A DNA stretch of 64,000 nucleotides from Spirochaetaceae bacterium (GCA_051531975.1 JAOPTT010000009.1:192001-256000), one strand, 5' to 3'. Shown: positions 40,023-52,484, counted from the stretch's first letter. The notes: generated from the letters alone by a model not told the origin. Numbers and translations: made by a program.

Positions 40023-41535
40023 TTTTATCTCCTATGTTTTTGTTTATTAATATTCCAGATGCACAACCTAAAAGTGAGACTTCTGTCATTTGTTCTTTAG
40101 CAAATTCACCAACAATTCCACCATGTCTAAAGACAAGAGCTCTATTGCTTAACCCGATAATTTCTGGAAGCTCCGATGAAATCATTATGATAGCGAGTCC
40201 ATCTTGTGCAAGTTTACCAATGAGTTTATAAATCTCTGCTTTAGTTTTTACATCAACACCTCTAGTTGGTTCATTAAGAATCAATACTTTTGAATTAGTT
40301 AATAACCATCTAGAAAGTAGTACTTTTTGTTGGTTTCCCCCACTTTGAGTACTCACAAGTTGATTGTAATCTTTTGGTTTGACCTCCATGCTATCCATCA
40401 TAGAAGAGGCTTTTTCTGCTTCCAAAAATTTATTTAGGAAAATACCCTTACTTATCTTATTTAAAATTGAAAAAGTCATATTTTCTTTAATTGAGTTACA
40501 AAGAACCAAACCATCAATTTTCCGGTCTTTTGTTAGGTATGCTAATCCATGTCCTATCGCTTCCCCTGGTGATTGTGGAGTGATTTTTTTTCCTTTTAAA
40601 ATGATATTCCCAGAATCAATCTTAGATGCTCCAAACAAAGAACGACTCAAGGCGGTTCTACCACTTCCTACTAATCCAAAAAGTCCTAGAATTTCACCTT
40701 GTTTTAATTCAAATGAAATATTATTAAATTCCTTTTCTTTAGATAAATTTTCAACCTTAAGTATAGGAACTCCCGTATTTAGTTTACGAACAGGAAACAG
40801 ATCACCAATAGATCGTCCTACCATTAGATGAATGAGACCCTGTTCATCAATTTCTGAAGTAGGAAGTGTTTTAACCTTCTCGCCATCTTTTAAAATAGTA
40901 ATTTTATCGGCTATTTTAAATACTTCATCAAACCGGTGTGAAATATATATGATAAGAGTCCCTTTTTTCTTTAGTTTCTCTATCAGAGTAAATAGTTGTT
41001 CTAGTTCAGGTGCAGCAAGAACTGCTGATGGCTCATCAAGTATCAGTATTTCAGGATCTTCAGTAATCGCTTTAGCAATTTCAACAACTTGCATTTGTGA
41101 GACATCTAAATTACTAATTTTATCTTTTACATTTATTCCTGGAAATCCTAGGCTATTAAGTATTTCCTGGGACTGTAAATATGCACTTTTCCAGTCGACT
41201 AGGAATTTTGTTTTAAAGTAAGGCATTTTACCAATCAATATATTTTCAGCTACTGAAAGATTAGGTATTTGGCTGAATTCCTGATATACAGTACGTATAC
41301 CATGTTCAAATGCTTTATGAGGTGTAAAAATATCAATTTTTTTACCCTTTATATAAAGCTCTCCTGAATCTGGGGTTGTAGCACCAGATAAAACCCGCAT
41401 CAATGTAGATTTTCCGGCGCCATTTTCCCCAACAATTGCATGAACTTCTCCGGCACTTGCTGAGATATGTATATTATTAAGAGCCAGTGTGGCCTCATAT
41501 CGTTTACTTATTCCTCGTATTTCTAGCATCTGCAT
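40015..41535 (-). CDS. CUT2 sugar ABC ATP-binding protein (RbsA-like)
   Basis: GENGAGKST, ILDEP, SGGNQQKV. Confidence 0.93.
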   Translation of the reverse strand: MQMLEIRGISKRYEATLALNNIHISASAGEVHAIVGENGAGKSTLMRVLSGATTPDSGELYIKGKKIDIFTPHKAFEHGIRTVYQEFSQIPNLSVAENILIGKMPYFKTKFLVDWKSAYLQSQEILNSLGFPGINVKDKISNLDVSQMQVVEIAKAITEDPEILILDEPSAVLAAPELEQLFTLIEKLKKKGTLIIYISHRFDEVFKIADKITILKDGEKVKTLPTSEIDEQGLIHLMVGRSIGDLFPVRKLNTGVPILKVENLSKEKEFNNISFELKQGEILGLFGLVGSGRTALSRSLFGASKIDSGNIILKGKKITPQSPGEAIGHGLAYLTKDRKIDGLVLCNSIKENMTFSILNKISKGIFLNKFLEAEKASSMMDSMEVKPKDYNQLVSTQSGGNQQKVLLSRWLLTNSKVLILNEPTRGVDVKTKAEIYKLIGKLAQDGLAIIMISSELPEIIGLSNRALVFRHGGIVGEFAKEQMTEVSLLGCASGILINKNIGDKNG

Positions 41536-41556
41536 AAGTTTGATTTGAACTCCTTT

Positions 41557-43002
41557 TTACGAATACATCTTAAGCGCATCTTTAATGATTATTGTTTTTT
41601 GTTCAGTCATTTCTAGAATGGTATCCCTGATGCTTTCTCTTCCAACACCACTTAATTTTGTACCACCAAAAGGAAGATTCTCTGCTCGTACTGCAGATCC
41701 CCAGTTTATTACTACTCCACCAACATCTAGTTTATAAGAAATATCCATGGCTGTATTTATATCTTTTGTAAAAACTGCTGCTTGTAATCCATATGGACTA
41801 TTGTTGGCAATCTTAACTGCTTCTTCAATTGTTGAAAAAGGTACTATTGGGAGTACTGGACCAAATGTTTCTTCTGCAAATATTTCAGTTTCCGGGTCAA
41901 TATCAGTAATTATTGTAGGTTCGATAAAAGAACCCTTCCGATTACCACCAAGACGAATGGTACATCCTTTACTTTTTGCATCTTCTATTAGTCGTTCTAC
42001 ATTTTTTGCGGCATTTTCAGAAATTAACGGCCCAACATCTGTATTCTCTCCTAGTGGATTTCCCATGATTAATTTATTAGCTTTTTCTGTTAATAGATTG
42101 GTAAATTTTTCAAATATCTCACTGGCAACAATTACTCGCTTTACAGCACAACAAATTTGTCCATTCCCTCGAGCAAGACGGCCCATAATAATCCCTTCAG
42201 AAGCAAGCTCTAGGTCAGCATCGGCACAAACGATTGTCGCATCATTTCCTCCTAGCTCTAAGAGAACTTTTTTCATATTACTAGTTGCAAGTTTTGCAAC
42301 CTGTTGTCCTACTCTAGTGCTTCCTGTTAAAGTTATAAGCTGAATATTAATATCTTTAGCCAAATGGTTACCTATTTTGGCACCATCACCGGTAATTACC
42401 TGTTGTGCAAATTTAGGCAATCCTGCTTCTTCTAAGTATTTACTTAATCTGAGAATCGTTAAAGGACATGTAGTTGGTGGTTGAATAATAACGGCATTAC
42501 CTGCAGCAATTGCAGCTGGAGCTTTATGGGCAAATAACTCAGCAGGATAATTGAAAGGTATAACTGCAGCCACGATTCCAACAGGCTGACGAATTGTCAT
42601 TGCCACACTATTTTCCATAGAAGGTACAGAATCCATAGGAACAGTTTGTCCCGTCAACCTTTTTGCTTCTTCAGAAAATCCTTTAAAAAGACGAATAGTA
42701 GCTGATATTTCTTCTCTTGTCTGAATAATGGGTTTCCCATTTTCCCTTGTTAAAAGTTGGCTTAATTCCTCATGGTCTTTTTCGATAAGTTCTGCTGCTG
42801 TTAATAATATTTTTGAACGGACATGTGCTGGAGTCTTTTGCATGTTTATACGTCCCTGTTTAGCTGACTCAATTGCTTTTACTATGTCATCTGTAGTCGC
42901 AGATGGAACAGTATCGATTATTTCTCCATTTGCAGTATCTACTATTTTTGTTTCTGAAAGATCAGATGCATCTGTCCATTCTCCAGCAATAAACATTTTC
43001 AT
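41557..43002 (-). CDS. NAD(P)-dependent aldehyde dehydrogenase (lactaldehyde dehydrogenase-like)
   Basis: PFNYP, LELGGND, GQICC, EETFGP, PFGGTKLSGVGRE. Confidence 0.92.
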   Translation of the reverse strand: MKMFIAGEWTDASDLSETKIVDTANGEIIDTVPSATTDDIVKAIESAKQGRINMQKTPAHVRSKILLTAAELIEKDHEELSQLLTRENGKPIIQTREEISATIRLFKGFSEEAKRLTGQTVPMDSVPSMENSVAMTIRQPVGIVAAVIPFNYPAELFAHKAPAAIAAGNAVIIQPPTTCPLTILRLSKYLEEAGLPKFAQQVITGDGAKIGNHLAKDINIQLITLTGSTRVGQQVAKLATSNMKKVLLELGGNDATIVCADADLELASEGIIMGRLARGNGQICCAVKRVIVASEIFEKFTNLLTEKANKLIMGNPLGENTDVGPLISENAAKNVERLIEDAKSKGCTIRLGGNRKGSFIEPTIITDIDPETEIFAEETFGPVLPIVPFSTIEEAVKIANNSPYGLQAAVFTKDINTAMDISYKLDVGGVVINWGSAVRAENLPFGGTKLSGVGRESIRDTILEMTEQKTIIIKDALKMYS

Positions 43003-43226
43003 ATTTATATCCCCTTTTTTTGATAATACCTAATAGTACATCACTATTTGATATCTGTATACTATATTTGAATATAATTCATTTATTGAATAAATAGTTT
43101 AATAATTGAAGTTTGAAATACTAGTATGACTCTTATAAATAATAGTACATAATTCATCTATATCTTGGTTGAGTAAAACCAGAATAGTTTGAATATAAAA
43201 GAGTTTATTTCAATAAAGGAGAAAAT

Positions 43227-43313
43227 ATGTTTGTTTATAATAAAGAAAGGCAATTAGAAGATTTAGGAGGAGGTATTAAAAGAAAAGTTTTAGCATATTA
43301 CTTTCTATATTAA
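43227..43313 (+). pseudogene. kdgF: 5' fragment of a KdgF-like cupin
   Basis: SD AAGGAG, then MFVYNKERQLEDLGGGIKRKVLAY, resembling the KdgF N-terminus; stops after 28 codons. Confidence 0.65.
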
Positions 43314-43795
43314 AGAGTTTTTAACCACTCAAAGTAACTTTTTAGAGTAGTTTTACCACGTTTAGGACCTACGCCATCTATTTCTCCAGCAGTCACAATA
43401 AAGTCTGCTAGGTCGCCAAACTGTTTTGAAAGTAGTCTAATAGCTTTTACTAAGAAACGGGCTAACCACATAGGGATTACTGATATTTTTATTGGTTTAT
43501 CTAATACTTTAAAGGCTAGTTCTGCAGCTACACGTTGTGTCAAGATGTCTGGTCCACCAGCTTCAACTTCTAATTCTTCACCCTCTGCTGTCTCTACACA
43601 GACCTGGGCTAGATCGGCACCATGAATAGGATTCATTTTATTGGTTCCTTTTCCTACTAGGTAAGAACGTCCTTTTTTAGCCATGTCTGAGAAATAACCA
43701 CAAGGTCTAACTATCCTATAATCTAGTTTTGAATCTATTAACTCTTTAACAACTTTCTCGTAGGCTATCGTAATTTCTAAATGTTTAATATCTGA
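43310..43795 (-). pseudogene. 5'-truncated atypical SDR / NAD(P)H-binding oxidoreductase
   Basis: Frame continues upstream of the ORF-track start as HLEITIAYEKVVKELIDSKLDYRIVRPCGYFSDM, then NPIHGADLA and GGPDILT; Rossmann N-terminus missing. Confidence 0.7.
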
Positions 43796-43836
43796 ATTTA
43801 ATGAAAGGTCTATTAGGTTTTTGTTACACTGGTAGT

Positions 43837-45051
43837 CTACCTGTTCAAAGGTAAGTCCATCTCTCTGTCTTGATATTTTTTAATGATACACTCTAGTTCT
43901 TTTTGTGTAACTTCAATATGACCACCATGACTAATACGACTTTGGTAGTCTAATTTTTTGATTGGAAGCTGCTTGTTAATACCGTGATGTTTCCACTCTG
44001 TATCTAAACTGTCTGAAGATGAATATTTATAGGTGTGTGTGTGTTGGAAATCATCGTAATATAGATACCACTTTCCATCTTTTAGTGATTTAAATGCAAA
44101 AGGACCTTCTACAAAATCATTAGGATCAGTTACGCAAATATTTTCAAGTTTGAATGAGCCTGGTGTTAAGGTTTGTGACTTTGCCATAATTATATTCTTC
44201 TTACCGGATCTCTCATCTTTACAAAAAAGGTAATAATACCCTTTGTCTTTTGATATGGAAGCATCGATTAATGGAAACTCTGTTTCAAAAAAGCTTAAAG
44301 GCCCGGAAATTGAGATAAAATCCTCTGTTATTGTACAGTAGATAGGCCTTGAGGTTTTATCATCTGTACGAGATTTCCATGGGTGTGATGGATCGGACCA
44401 TAATATTATATATCTGTCTTTTTCAATATCATAATAGGCTTTAGGAGCCCAGACTCGCTTACCTGTTAACTTATGATGAGGGTTATTATCAACAGCCCCT
44501 TTTCTACTAATTCTAATAATCTTTTCATTAAACGTTATCATATCATGGCTATGAAAGTAGAAAATGTATGGTGTATCCCATCCCTGAGTTGCCACAATTC
44601 CAAAAGAACCGTCCCTCATACGGAAGGTGTTAGGATCTCTTAGCCAATTTGTTTTTCCTAGTGTAGCATTAACAACACTTTTACCATTGTTTAGAGGTTC
44701 CCAGTCCAAACCATCATAACTATAAGCTAGACGTAGTCCTGCATCAGGATTCCTTCCACTCTTTTTACCTTCATCATGGTTAAAATATGTCATTAAGTGT
44801 GCAACATACTCATCTTTTAATATAATATCTCTGAAAAAGAACTCCTGGTCACTTATAGTAGCTTTTAATGTAATAACTTCATTCTCTTTAGCACTCTCTA
44901 ACTTTAATATCTTATCTCCCTGGATTTGGGCACTGCCTGAGACAACCAGCCATTTAATAACGTCCCCTTTATCTGTTTCTAAAGGTAGAATTGTCTGTTT
45001 GTCATTTACAATATAACCAATATAATTTGTAAGATATTTACTGATGTCCAT
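43837..45051 (-). CDS. GH43-like five-bladed beta-propeller glycoside hydrolase with N-terminal accessory domain
   Basis: LRDP, WAP, IDAS and EGP catalytic-type motifs. Confidence 0.8.
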   Translation of the reverse strand: MDISKYLTNYIGYIVNDKQTILPLETDKGDVIKWLVVSGSAQIQGDKILKLESAKENEVITLKATISDQEFFFRDIILKDEYVAHLMTYFNHDEGKKSGRNPDAGLRLAYSYDGLDWEPLNNGKSVVNATLGKTNWLRDPNTFRMRDGSFGIVATQGWDTPYIFYFHSHDMITFNEKIIRISRKGAVDNNPHHKLTGKRVWAPKAYYDIEKDRYIILWSDPSHPWKSRTDDKTSRPIYCTITEDFISISGPLSFFETEFPLIDASISKDKGYYYLFCKDERSGKKNIIMAKSQTLTPGSFKLENICVTDPNDFVEGPFAFKSLKDGKWYLYYDDFQHTHTYKYSSSDSLDTEWKHHGINKQLPIKKLDYQSRISHGGHIEVTQKELECIIKKYQDREMDLPLNR

Positions 45052-45265
45052 ATGAAACCTCCGTTACTAAAATGACCTGATACTTATAAAGCCTATATAA
45101 TATATAACACAATATCGATAATTATCTATCAAAAAAGTATAAGTAGATTTATATAACGGGTATAACTTTTTATATAAGGATTAAGGCTTCATTAAGGAAA
45201 ATATGTTCGTAAAATTCATATGTATGGTTTATTATAATAAGAGTAACACTTCATAAAGGATCATT

Positions 45266-48200
45266 ATGAAAACAAAGATAATATTAGTATTAGAATTGCT
45301 TCTTTTTATTACTTTATCTACATATTCTCAAAACTTCACAGATGAAGAGAAGTTATGGATACAAAATAGTCCAGTTCTTAGAGTTAGTAATATTAAAAAC
45401 TGGGTTCCTTTTAACTTTAATCGAGATGATACTCCGCTAGGATATTCCATTGATTATATGAATAAAATATCTAAGATCTCAGGATTAAAAATAGAATATA
45501 TTACCGGTCCTACTAGAGATGACTTTTTTGAAATGATTACAACTGACGGTCTTGATATTTTACTTAATGTTGTGCCTACAGAAGCAAGGGAAAAGGTTTT
45601 GAATTTCACTGATCCCTATCTTATTGTTGCTCCGTCTATTTTTGTAAAGAACTCTGATGATATAATTAATACTGTTGAAGATATATTTGGAAAGACCTTT
45701 GCTATCCCTTCAGGATATTATTATGAAGGGATAATAAAAGAATATCCTGAGATAAATGTCTTAACAGTTAAAGATACAGAAGAAGCTATAATCGCTGTAT
45801 CAAGTGGTAAAGCTGATGTTTTATTTGATTTATCCCCTGTTGTTAACTATCTCATGGATAACCTTTTAGTCTCTAACTTAAAACCTGGTGGAACATTAGA
45901 CTTTGGTGTAGGTAATCTTGTCCCTATATCAATAGGTGTCAGAAAAGATTTACCAATATTAAGATCTATTCTTCAAAAGAGTAGTGATGTTATACCAGTA
46001 GGTTATATAAAAGAGATAAGAAGTCATTGGCTTGGATACTCTAGCGAAGAGAATGACCTAGACCTTACTGTAAAAGAGTTAAGTTTTTTAGATTCTCATC
46101 CTATAATTCGTGTGCATAATGAACTGAATTGGCCACCATTTAATTATAATGTTAATGGGGTTCCATTAGGTTTATCAGTAGAATATATGGATCTGTTGGC
46201 AGAGAAGATCGGTATCGATATTGAGTATGTTTCAGGCCCTACATGGAATGAGTTTCTAGATATGATTAAGCAAAAAGATATTGATCTGATGCTGAATATT
46301 GTAAATACACCTGACAGACAAAATTATATGCTTTTTACAGAAAGTTACATGAATAACCCAAATGTAATTGTCTCCCACATTAGTAATAAGTTTAATAATT
46401 TAGAATCCTTAGGTGGGAAACGAGTTGGTATTGTAAAAGGTTTCTTTTACGAAGAGATTATATCTAAAGATTTTCCTAATATTAAAATAATACCTTTTAA
46501 AGATGTTGAAACAGGCTTAAAAGCTCTAAACTTTAACCAGATAGATTCAATGTTAAGCGAAGAGGCAGTAGTTAATTATCTTATAACAGATAACTATCTA
46601 TCAGAAATCGAGATAACTGGAGAGATAGAGTTAGGATCAAAAAATTATCAAAAATTAAATATTTCTGTTCGAGATGATTGGCCAGAAATGCAATCTATTT
46701 TAATAAAAGCAATGGCAAGTATTACTAGTGCAGAGATGCTTGAACTAAAAACTAAATGGAACAGTAATTTATCAAATAGTTTAGCTGAAGTTAATGATGA
46801 ATCAGCCATTAATAAAATATTCTTCATTTTTATTATTATGGTGGTTCTATTAAGTATTATATTTTTTGGCCAGAAGTTTATTAAAATTAAAAAGATAAAT
46901 TATGGTACATTTAATATTAGAAAAATGAGGGTTTTTAGTCTTACTATATTAGCTATTAGTATGACCGTAATGTTGATTATTTCAATTATGGGTACTCAAA
47001 ATATAAGACAAAGAGCAATTAAAAAAACTGAATCAGAACTGTATACTATTGTCACTACGACCCAAGAATCTTTAGAAGTGTGGACTGATCGTAACTTAAA
47101 ACAGATAAAACTAGAATCTACAAGTCCTGCATTGTTGGCAATTATAGAGGACTTATTAGAACTTCCAACAGATAAAGAGACATTAATTAACAGTAAATCT
47201 CAGCATGATATTCGATACTACTTTAATAAGCTAAATCCTTATCGATTCTCTGATGGTTTTTTTATAATTTCTCCAGAAGGTGTAAATATAGGTTCAAACC
47301 GAAATATTAACCTAGGTGAAAAAAATATTGTTTATCAATATAGACCCGAGTTACTAGATAACACATTTTTAGGTAATGAGACTTTTATACCCCCAGTATA
47401 TAGTGACGTCTTTAATCGAGGTGATAATCCCACTGGTAATACTAGTCTATTTTATGCGGTACCAATAAAGGATGATACCGGTAAAATAATCGCAGTTATG
47501 ACTCAACGTGAAGATCCAAAAATAGAGTTTGAAAGGATTTCACAAATAGGAACTATTGGTAACACTGGGGAGACATATACATTTGATAGAAATGGATACA
47601 TGCTTAGCCCAAGTAGGTTTAATAAAAACCTTGAGGAAATTGGTATTATAAAGCAGGGCGAGTCACCAATTCTTAATCTGATGATTAAAGACCCTCTAAT
47701 AGACCTAACAAAGAACTCATCTGAATCCATCGGTTTTGATAAGTTAGAATATACTTTTATGGTTAAGGATGCACTGGAAAATGGTTCTGGTATAAATACC
47801 CAAGGTTACAGAGATTACCGAGGTGTTGAGGTTTATGGTGCCTGGATATGGAATGAGTATCTAAACTATGGTATTGCAACTGAAATTGATAAAGATGATG
47901 CGTTATCTTCATATTATGTTACCAGAAATATCTTTATAGTTTTAATTATTATAGTATTTTTATTGTCGACAGGTGCTACCCTGTTTAGTATATCAACAAG
48001 TGAGGCTGCAAATAAATATCTCCAGGATTCAAACGAGAAACTTGAAGATCGAGTTGAAAAAAGAACTAAAGAATTAAATGTTTCAAAAAGAAATTTAGAG
48101 AATACTATCGAGGCATTAACCCACCCATTTTATGTTATCGATGCCAATACTTACGAGGTCATATTGGCAAACTCTGCAGCTAAAAAATCAGCTGATGGTA

Positions 48201-51097
48201 AAGATCTTACAACATGTTATAAGTTGACCCACAGGGTTGATACTCCCTGTGATAGTAAAGAACATCCATGCCCACTTAAAGTTATTAAAGAGACCAAACA
48301 ACCATACGAAGTAGAGCATATTCACTATGATAAAAATGACAACCCGATCTTTGTTGAAGTTCATGGTTATCCAATATTTGATGAAGATGGAACATTAACT
48401 CAGATGATAGAGTACTCTCTTGATATTACAGAGAGAAAGATGGCAGAAGAAGCATTAAAAAAGGCCCAAATAAATAGTGATTTTGCATCAGACATTGCCA
48501 AATTAGCCTATTGGGAACAAGATTTTAAAAGCAATACATACACTGTGAATGATAACTTTTATAAAATAGTTAATACCACAGCTAAAGCTGAGGGTGGATA
48601 TGTATTAAAATTTAAAGAATATCTAAATAGATTTGTACACCCCGAAGATCATAGTTTAATAAGAGATAAGTTAATGTATCATTTTAACTCTCCTGAAGTT
48701 GTTACAGGTCAGTTTGAATACAGAGTTCTACCAAGAGGTGGTGGGCTGCAACATGTATTTATTAAATATCATATAACCTATGATTCTAATGGACAGGCTA
48801 TAAGTGCCAATGGAATACATCTGGATATAACAGAAAGAAAGAAATCAGAGAATGCTCTAGAATTAGCAAAAAATATGGCTGAAGAAGCTACAAAAGCTAA
48901 ATCTGATTTCCTTGCAAATATGAGTCATGAAATAAGGACTCCCATGAATGCTATAATTGGACTTTCTCATCTGATACAGAAAACGAATTTAGATGTAAAA
49001 CAAACCGATTACATACATAAAATATATGGCTCTGCACATAATCTATTAGGTATTATTAACGATATTTTAGATTTCTCTAAAATTGAAGCCGGAAAAATGA
49101 CTATGGAGTTAATTAACTTTGACCTTCATGAAGTATTTGATAATTTAGGTGGGATGATTAGTCAAAAAGCTTTAGATAGTGGACTAGAACTTATCTTCCA
49201 TATATCTACAGATGTTCCATGTCAACTTGTAGGAGACCCTTTAAGGTTAGGGCAAGTTCTTCTAAATCTGGTCAATAATGCTATTAAGTTTACTGATTCA
49301 GGGGAGATTGTTGTTATTGCAGAACTTATAGATGCCACTGAAGAAAACGCGGAAATTAAGTTCATGGTTAAGGATACTGGTATTGGTCTTACAGAGGATC
49401 AACAAGGTAAGTTATTTAGATCTTTTAGCCAAGCAGATACCTCTACAACAAGAAAATATGGTGGTACAGGTTTAGGTCTATCTATAAGTAAAAAACTTGC
49501 GGAACTTATGGGTGGAAGCATTGGAGTTGAAAGTGTTTATACAAAGGGGTCAACTTTTTACTTTTCAGGTCTGTTTGAGCGCCGTGATGAAGTAAAAAAA
49601 GATATTATACCAATTGAGTTTGCTAATATTAACGTTTTAATTGTAGATGATAACTTAACAAGCCGTGAAGTTCTAACTGAATACGTTAAGGGTTTTTCAC
49701 TGAATTCAGTGGCTGTAGATAATGGGAATGAAGCTATACAGATTATCCAGAAAAAATATGAAGCAAAAGAAAAAGGTTTTCAGTTAGTTCTAATGGACTA
49801 TAGTATGCCCGGCCTAAATGGTTTCCAGACTGCTGAAAAAATAAATGAGATATTAAGTCCCCAGGAAAGACCTAAATATATTCTTGTAACAGGTTATGGT
49901 AGAGATGAAATTCTAAATGGTGTAGAAAATAATAATTTTGTAGGTTTTGTTTTAAAGCCTGTGAATCAATCTCTACTTTTTGATACAATTATGCAGGCAT
50001 TTGGTCAAGAAACAAACGCTGTAAAAAAACAGTCTAAGGATGAGTACCCAGTTGGTTTTGATAAAATAAGAGGGGCACATATATTGCTGGCAGAGGATAA
50101 CCTAATTAATCAGCAGGTTGCTACAGAATTATTAGAAAGTGAGGGCTTTTATGTGGAAATTGCTAATAATGGGGAAGAAGCTGTCTCTTTAGCCTTAAAA
50201 AATAGCTACGATATCGTTTTAATGGATCTACAGATGCCTATAATGGACGGATATGACGCTACTAAAGTAATAAGAGAGACAATAGATATCGATACTCTTC
50301 CTATTGTAGCTATGACAGCAGATGCAATGTCAGGAGTTAGGGATTCAGTTATAAATATCGGTATGAATGATTATGTTACAAAACCGATTGAGACAGATTC
50401 TTTATGGAAATCCTTGAATAAGTGGATAAAATCTGGAGAGCGGAACTTACCAGAAAACTTTACTAATAATGACAACTTAAATGATAAAACAGGTATTCCT
50501 AAAATTGATGGAATAGACACTGTCACTGGTCTAAAAAGAGTTGGAAATAATATAGAACTATATACTAAATTGTTAAGTAGATTCTTAGATGATCAAAAGG
50601 ATTTTACTGGTAAAATTAGGAAACTATTAAAAGATGAAAACAATGAGGAAGCAAAAAGAGAAGTCCATACTGCCAAAGGTGTTTCATCAAATTTAGGAAT
50701 TAATAATTATTGGGAAGAGATGAAATTGATGGAGATCTTAATTGAAGATGATAAGGAGCTAGAAGACTTCTTTAATAAGGTCGATGAAGATTATAACAAT
50801 GTTTTAATAGCTGTTCATAGTTCTGGGATATTAGATAATAAAGATGAGCAAAGTGAAGATAAAAAAGAAGTTGATATTCCATTTTTACTAAATGAGTTAG
50901 AAGCAGTTAAATTGACTCTAATAAAGAGAAAACCTAAACCAACATTGGAATTGCTTTCAACATTAAGCAGTTATAATATAACAGATGAAATCAAATCAAT
51001 TGTTAATGAAATAAAAACTTCATTAGAAAAATACAAAATGAAAGAAGCTATTGTATCTATCGATAAATTAATAAAGTTACTAGAATCTAATAAGTAA
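45266..51097 (+). CDS. Hybrid sensor histidine kinase (2x PBPb, Cache-like, 2x PAS, HisKA/HATPase, 2x REC, Hpt)
   Basis: WVPFNF / WPPFNY PBPb repeats; [23 protein letters not shown]; two receiver domains; [12 protein letters not shown]pt. Confidence 0.92.
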   Translation: MKTKIILVLELLLFITLSTYSQNFTDEEKLWIQNSPVLRVSNIKNWVPFNFNRDDTPLGYSIDYMNKISKISGLKIEYITGPTRDDFFEMITTDGLDILLNVVPTEAREKVLNFTDPYLIVAPSIFVKNSDDIINTVEDIFGKTFAIPSGYYYEGIIKEYPEINVLTVKDTEEAIIAVSSGKADVLFDLSPVVNYLMDNLLVSNLKPGGTLDFGVGNLVPISIGVRKDLPILRSILQKSSDVIPVGYIKEIRSHWLGYSSEENDLDLTVKELSFLDSHPIIRVHNELNWPPFNYNVNGVPLGLSVEYMDLLAEKIGIDIEYVSGPTWNEFLDMIKQKDIDLMLNIVNTPDRQNYMLFTESYMNNPNVIVSHISNKFNNLESLGGKRVGIVKGFFYEEIISKDFPNIKIIPFKDVETGLKALNFNQIDSMLSEEAVVNYLITDNYLSEIEITGEIELGSKNYQKLNISVRDDWPEMQSILIKAMASITSAEMLELKTKWNSNLSNSLAEVNDESAINKIFFIFIIMVVLLSIIFFGQKFIKIKKINYGTFNIRKMRVFSLTILAISMTVMLIISIMGTQNIRQRAIKKTESELYTIVTTTQESLEVWTDRNLKQIKLESTSPALLAIIEDLLELPTDKETLINSKSQHDIRYYFNKLNPYRFSDGFFIISPEGVNIGSNRNINLGEKNIVYQYRPELLDNTFLGNETFIPPVYSDVFNRGDNPTGNTSLFYAVPIKDDTGKIIAVMTQREDPKIEFERISQIGTIGNTGETYTFDRNGYMLSPSRFNKNLEEIGIIKQGESPILNLMIKDPLIDLTKNSSESIGFDKLEYTFMVKDALENGSGINTQGYRDYRGVEVYGAWIWNEYLNYGIATEIDKDDALSSYYVTRNIFIVLIIIVFLLSTGATLFSISTSEAANKYLQDSNEKLEDRVEKRTKELNVSKRNLENTIEALTHPFYVIDANTYEVILANSAAKKSADGKDLTTCYKLTHRVDTPCDSKEHPCPLKVIKETKQPYEVEHIHYDKNDNPIFVEVHGYPIFDEDGTLTQMIEYSLDITERKMAEEALKKAQINSDFASDIAKLAYWEQDFKSNTYTVNDNFYKIVNTTAKAEGGYVLKFKEYLNRFVHPEDHSLIRDKLMYHFNSPEVVTGQFEYRVLPRGGGLQHVFIKYHITYDSNGQAISANGIHLDITERKKSENALELAKNMAEEATKAKSDFLANMSHEIRTPMNAIIGLSHLIQKTNLDVKQTDYIHKIYGSAHNLLGIINDILDFSKIEAGKMTMELINFDLHEVFDNLGGMISQKALDSGLELIFHISTDVPCQLVGDPLRLGQVLLNLVNNAIKFTDSGEIVVIAELIDATEENAEIKFMVKDTGIGLTEDQQGKLFRSFSQADTSTTRKYGGTGLGLSISKKLAELMGGSIGVESVYTKGSTFYFSGLFERRDEVKKDIIPIEFANINVLIVDDNLTSREVLTEYVKGFSLNSVAVDNGNEAIQIIQKKYEAKEKGFQLVLMDYSMPGLNGFQTAEKINEILSPQERPKYILVTGYGRDEILNGVENNNFVGFVLKPVNQSLLFDTIMQAFGQETNAVKKQSKDEYPVGFDKIRGAHILLAEDNLINQQVATELLESEGFYVEIANNGEEAVSLALKNSYDIVLMDLQMPIMDGYDATKVIRETIDIDTLPIVAMTADAMSGVRDSVINIGMNDYVTKPIETDSLWKSLNKWIKSGERNLPENFTNNDNLNDKTGIPKIDGIDTVTGLKRVGNNIELYTKLLSRFLDDQKDFTGKIRKLLKDENNEEAKREVHTAKGVSSNLGINNYWEEMKLMEILIEDDKELEDFFNKVDEDYNNVLIAVHSSGILDNKDEQSEDKKEVDIPFLLNELEAVKLTLIKRKPKPTLELLSTLSSYNITDEIKSIVNEIKTSLEKYKMKEAIVSIDKLIKLLESNK

Positions 51098-51227
51098 TAT
51101 TGTTAATTATATCCATAAAAACTTCTAATGTTTCAAAAAGTGGTTATTAGAAATATGTCCTTTTTGTTTACAACTTAATTCATCCATATTTAGATCATAA
51201 TCTCATGTAATTTTTTTATTAATTTAT

Positions 51228-51296
51228 TTGACAATATAGAATCCAAGGTGTAGTCTGAGTTAATGCTATCTTAAGAAATCTTAAGATAGCATTAAC
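51228..51296 (+). promoter_or_regulatory. sigma70-type promoter (TTGACA-N17-TAGTCT) followed by a perfect 18-bp inverted repeat operator
   Basis: gttaatgctatcttaaga-aa-tcttaagatagcattaac at 51259..51296. Confidence 0.7.
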
Positions 51297-51320
51297 GTAA
51301 TAATAAGAAAAGGAGCAAAA

Positions 51321-52484
51321 ATGATTATTTTTTTAAAAAAAGAAGTATCTATTCTGATGGTATTACTATCAGCTCTTCTACTTTTTAGTGGTTGTACAGC
51401 ATCTACTAAAAAGAGTAAAAGTGTCGCTAAAGATGAAGTTGTGGTAGTTGAAAAAGAGATGACCCACGATGAACTTGTAGCTGCTGCCCAGGCAGAAGGA
51501 AAGGTCGTAGTATACTCTGTTTCAAGTCGTATATCTAAGGCTGCAGTAACTTTTGAAGCTAAATATGGAATAAAAGTAGAAGCGACAAATCTAAAAGACT
51601 TCGAACTTATTGAAAAAGTTTCAAAAGAGGGAAGTACTGGAGTTAAAGGTGCTGACTTTGTTCTTGCCCAGGATGGTGGAAGAGTTATGGGTGAACTTAT
51701 AAACCTTGATTATCTCTACAACTATGTCCCACCAACAATGAAAGATATTATTCCAGCAAAATATCAGGAACCTCTTGTTTTTTCTATTATTAACAAAGTT
51801 TTTATATACAATAATGAAAAAACTAACGAATATCCTTTAACAAATATTTGGGAATTGACGGAGCCTAAGTGGAAAGGTCAATTTCAATTTAAGAATCCCT
51901 TCCAAGAGGGTGTTAATGCCAATTTTATGACTATGGTGACTTCTGATAAAGTTGCTAAAAAAATTGCCGATGCCTATAAGTCCTTATATGGGAAAGATAT
52001 TGTTTTAACCACCAAAAATGCAGGTTATGAATGGATTAAGTCTGTTTTTGACAATGGACTAGTTTTAACAAGTTCTGATACAACTACTGCAGAAAATATT
52101 GGGATCCGGGGACAGGCAAAGCAACATGTTGGACTCTTTGTATACTCCAAATTTCGATATGCTAAAACAAAAAACCTGGCACTAGCTCCAATTATGGAAA
52201 TGGAACCATTTTCCGGTTTCTACTATCCAATCTATGCTCTAATGAGTAGGGGTGCAGAAAATGAGTATGCTGCAAAGCTCTTTATAGAACACCTTTTAAC
52301 TGAGGAAGGATTTAAACCTTGGAGTGTGAATATTGGTACTTATTCGTCTAATCCTACTATAGGAATACAGGAAGGAGACCACCCTGTTTCTGTATGGGAT
52401 AAAATCCTTGTTGAGGAAGATCCTGAGTACTGTTTTGAGAACCGTGCTGAAGTAGAAGCATTTCTTAACAATTATATTTACTAA
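51321..52484 (+). CDS. FbpA/AfuA-class ABC solute-binding lipoprotein
   Basis: Lipobox LFSGC; AAQAEGKVVVYS; WELTEPKWKG. Confidence 0.85.
   Translation: MIIFLKKEVSILMVLLSALLLFSGCTASTKKSKSVAKDEVVVVEKEMTHDELVAAAQAEGKVVVYSVSSRISKAAVTFEAKYGIKVEATNLKDFELIEKVSKEGSTGVKGADFVLAQDGGRVMGELINLDYLYNYVPPTMKDIIPAKYQEPLVFSIINKVFIYNNEKTNEYPLTNIWELTEPKWKGQFQFKNPFQEGVNANFMTMVTSDKVAKKIADAYKSLYGKDIVLTTKNAGYEWIKSVFDNGLVLTSSDTTTAENIGIRGQAKQHVGLFVYSKFRYAKTKNLALAPIMEMEPFSGFYYPIYALMSRGAENEYAAKLFIEHLLTEEGFKPWSVNIGTYSSNPTIGIQEGDHPVSVWDKILVEEDPEYCFENRAEVEAFLNNYIY

Noticed and set aside
40034..43033. Plus-strand ORFs overlapping the ABC/ALDH operon, and similar short antisense ORFs elsewhere
   Set aside because: They lie opposite well-supported genes and have no motifs or RBS.
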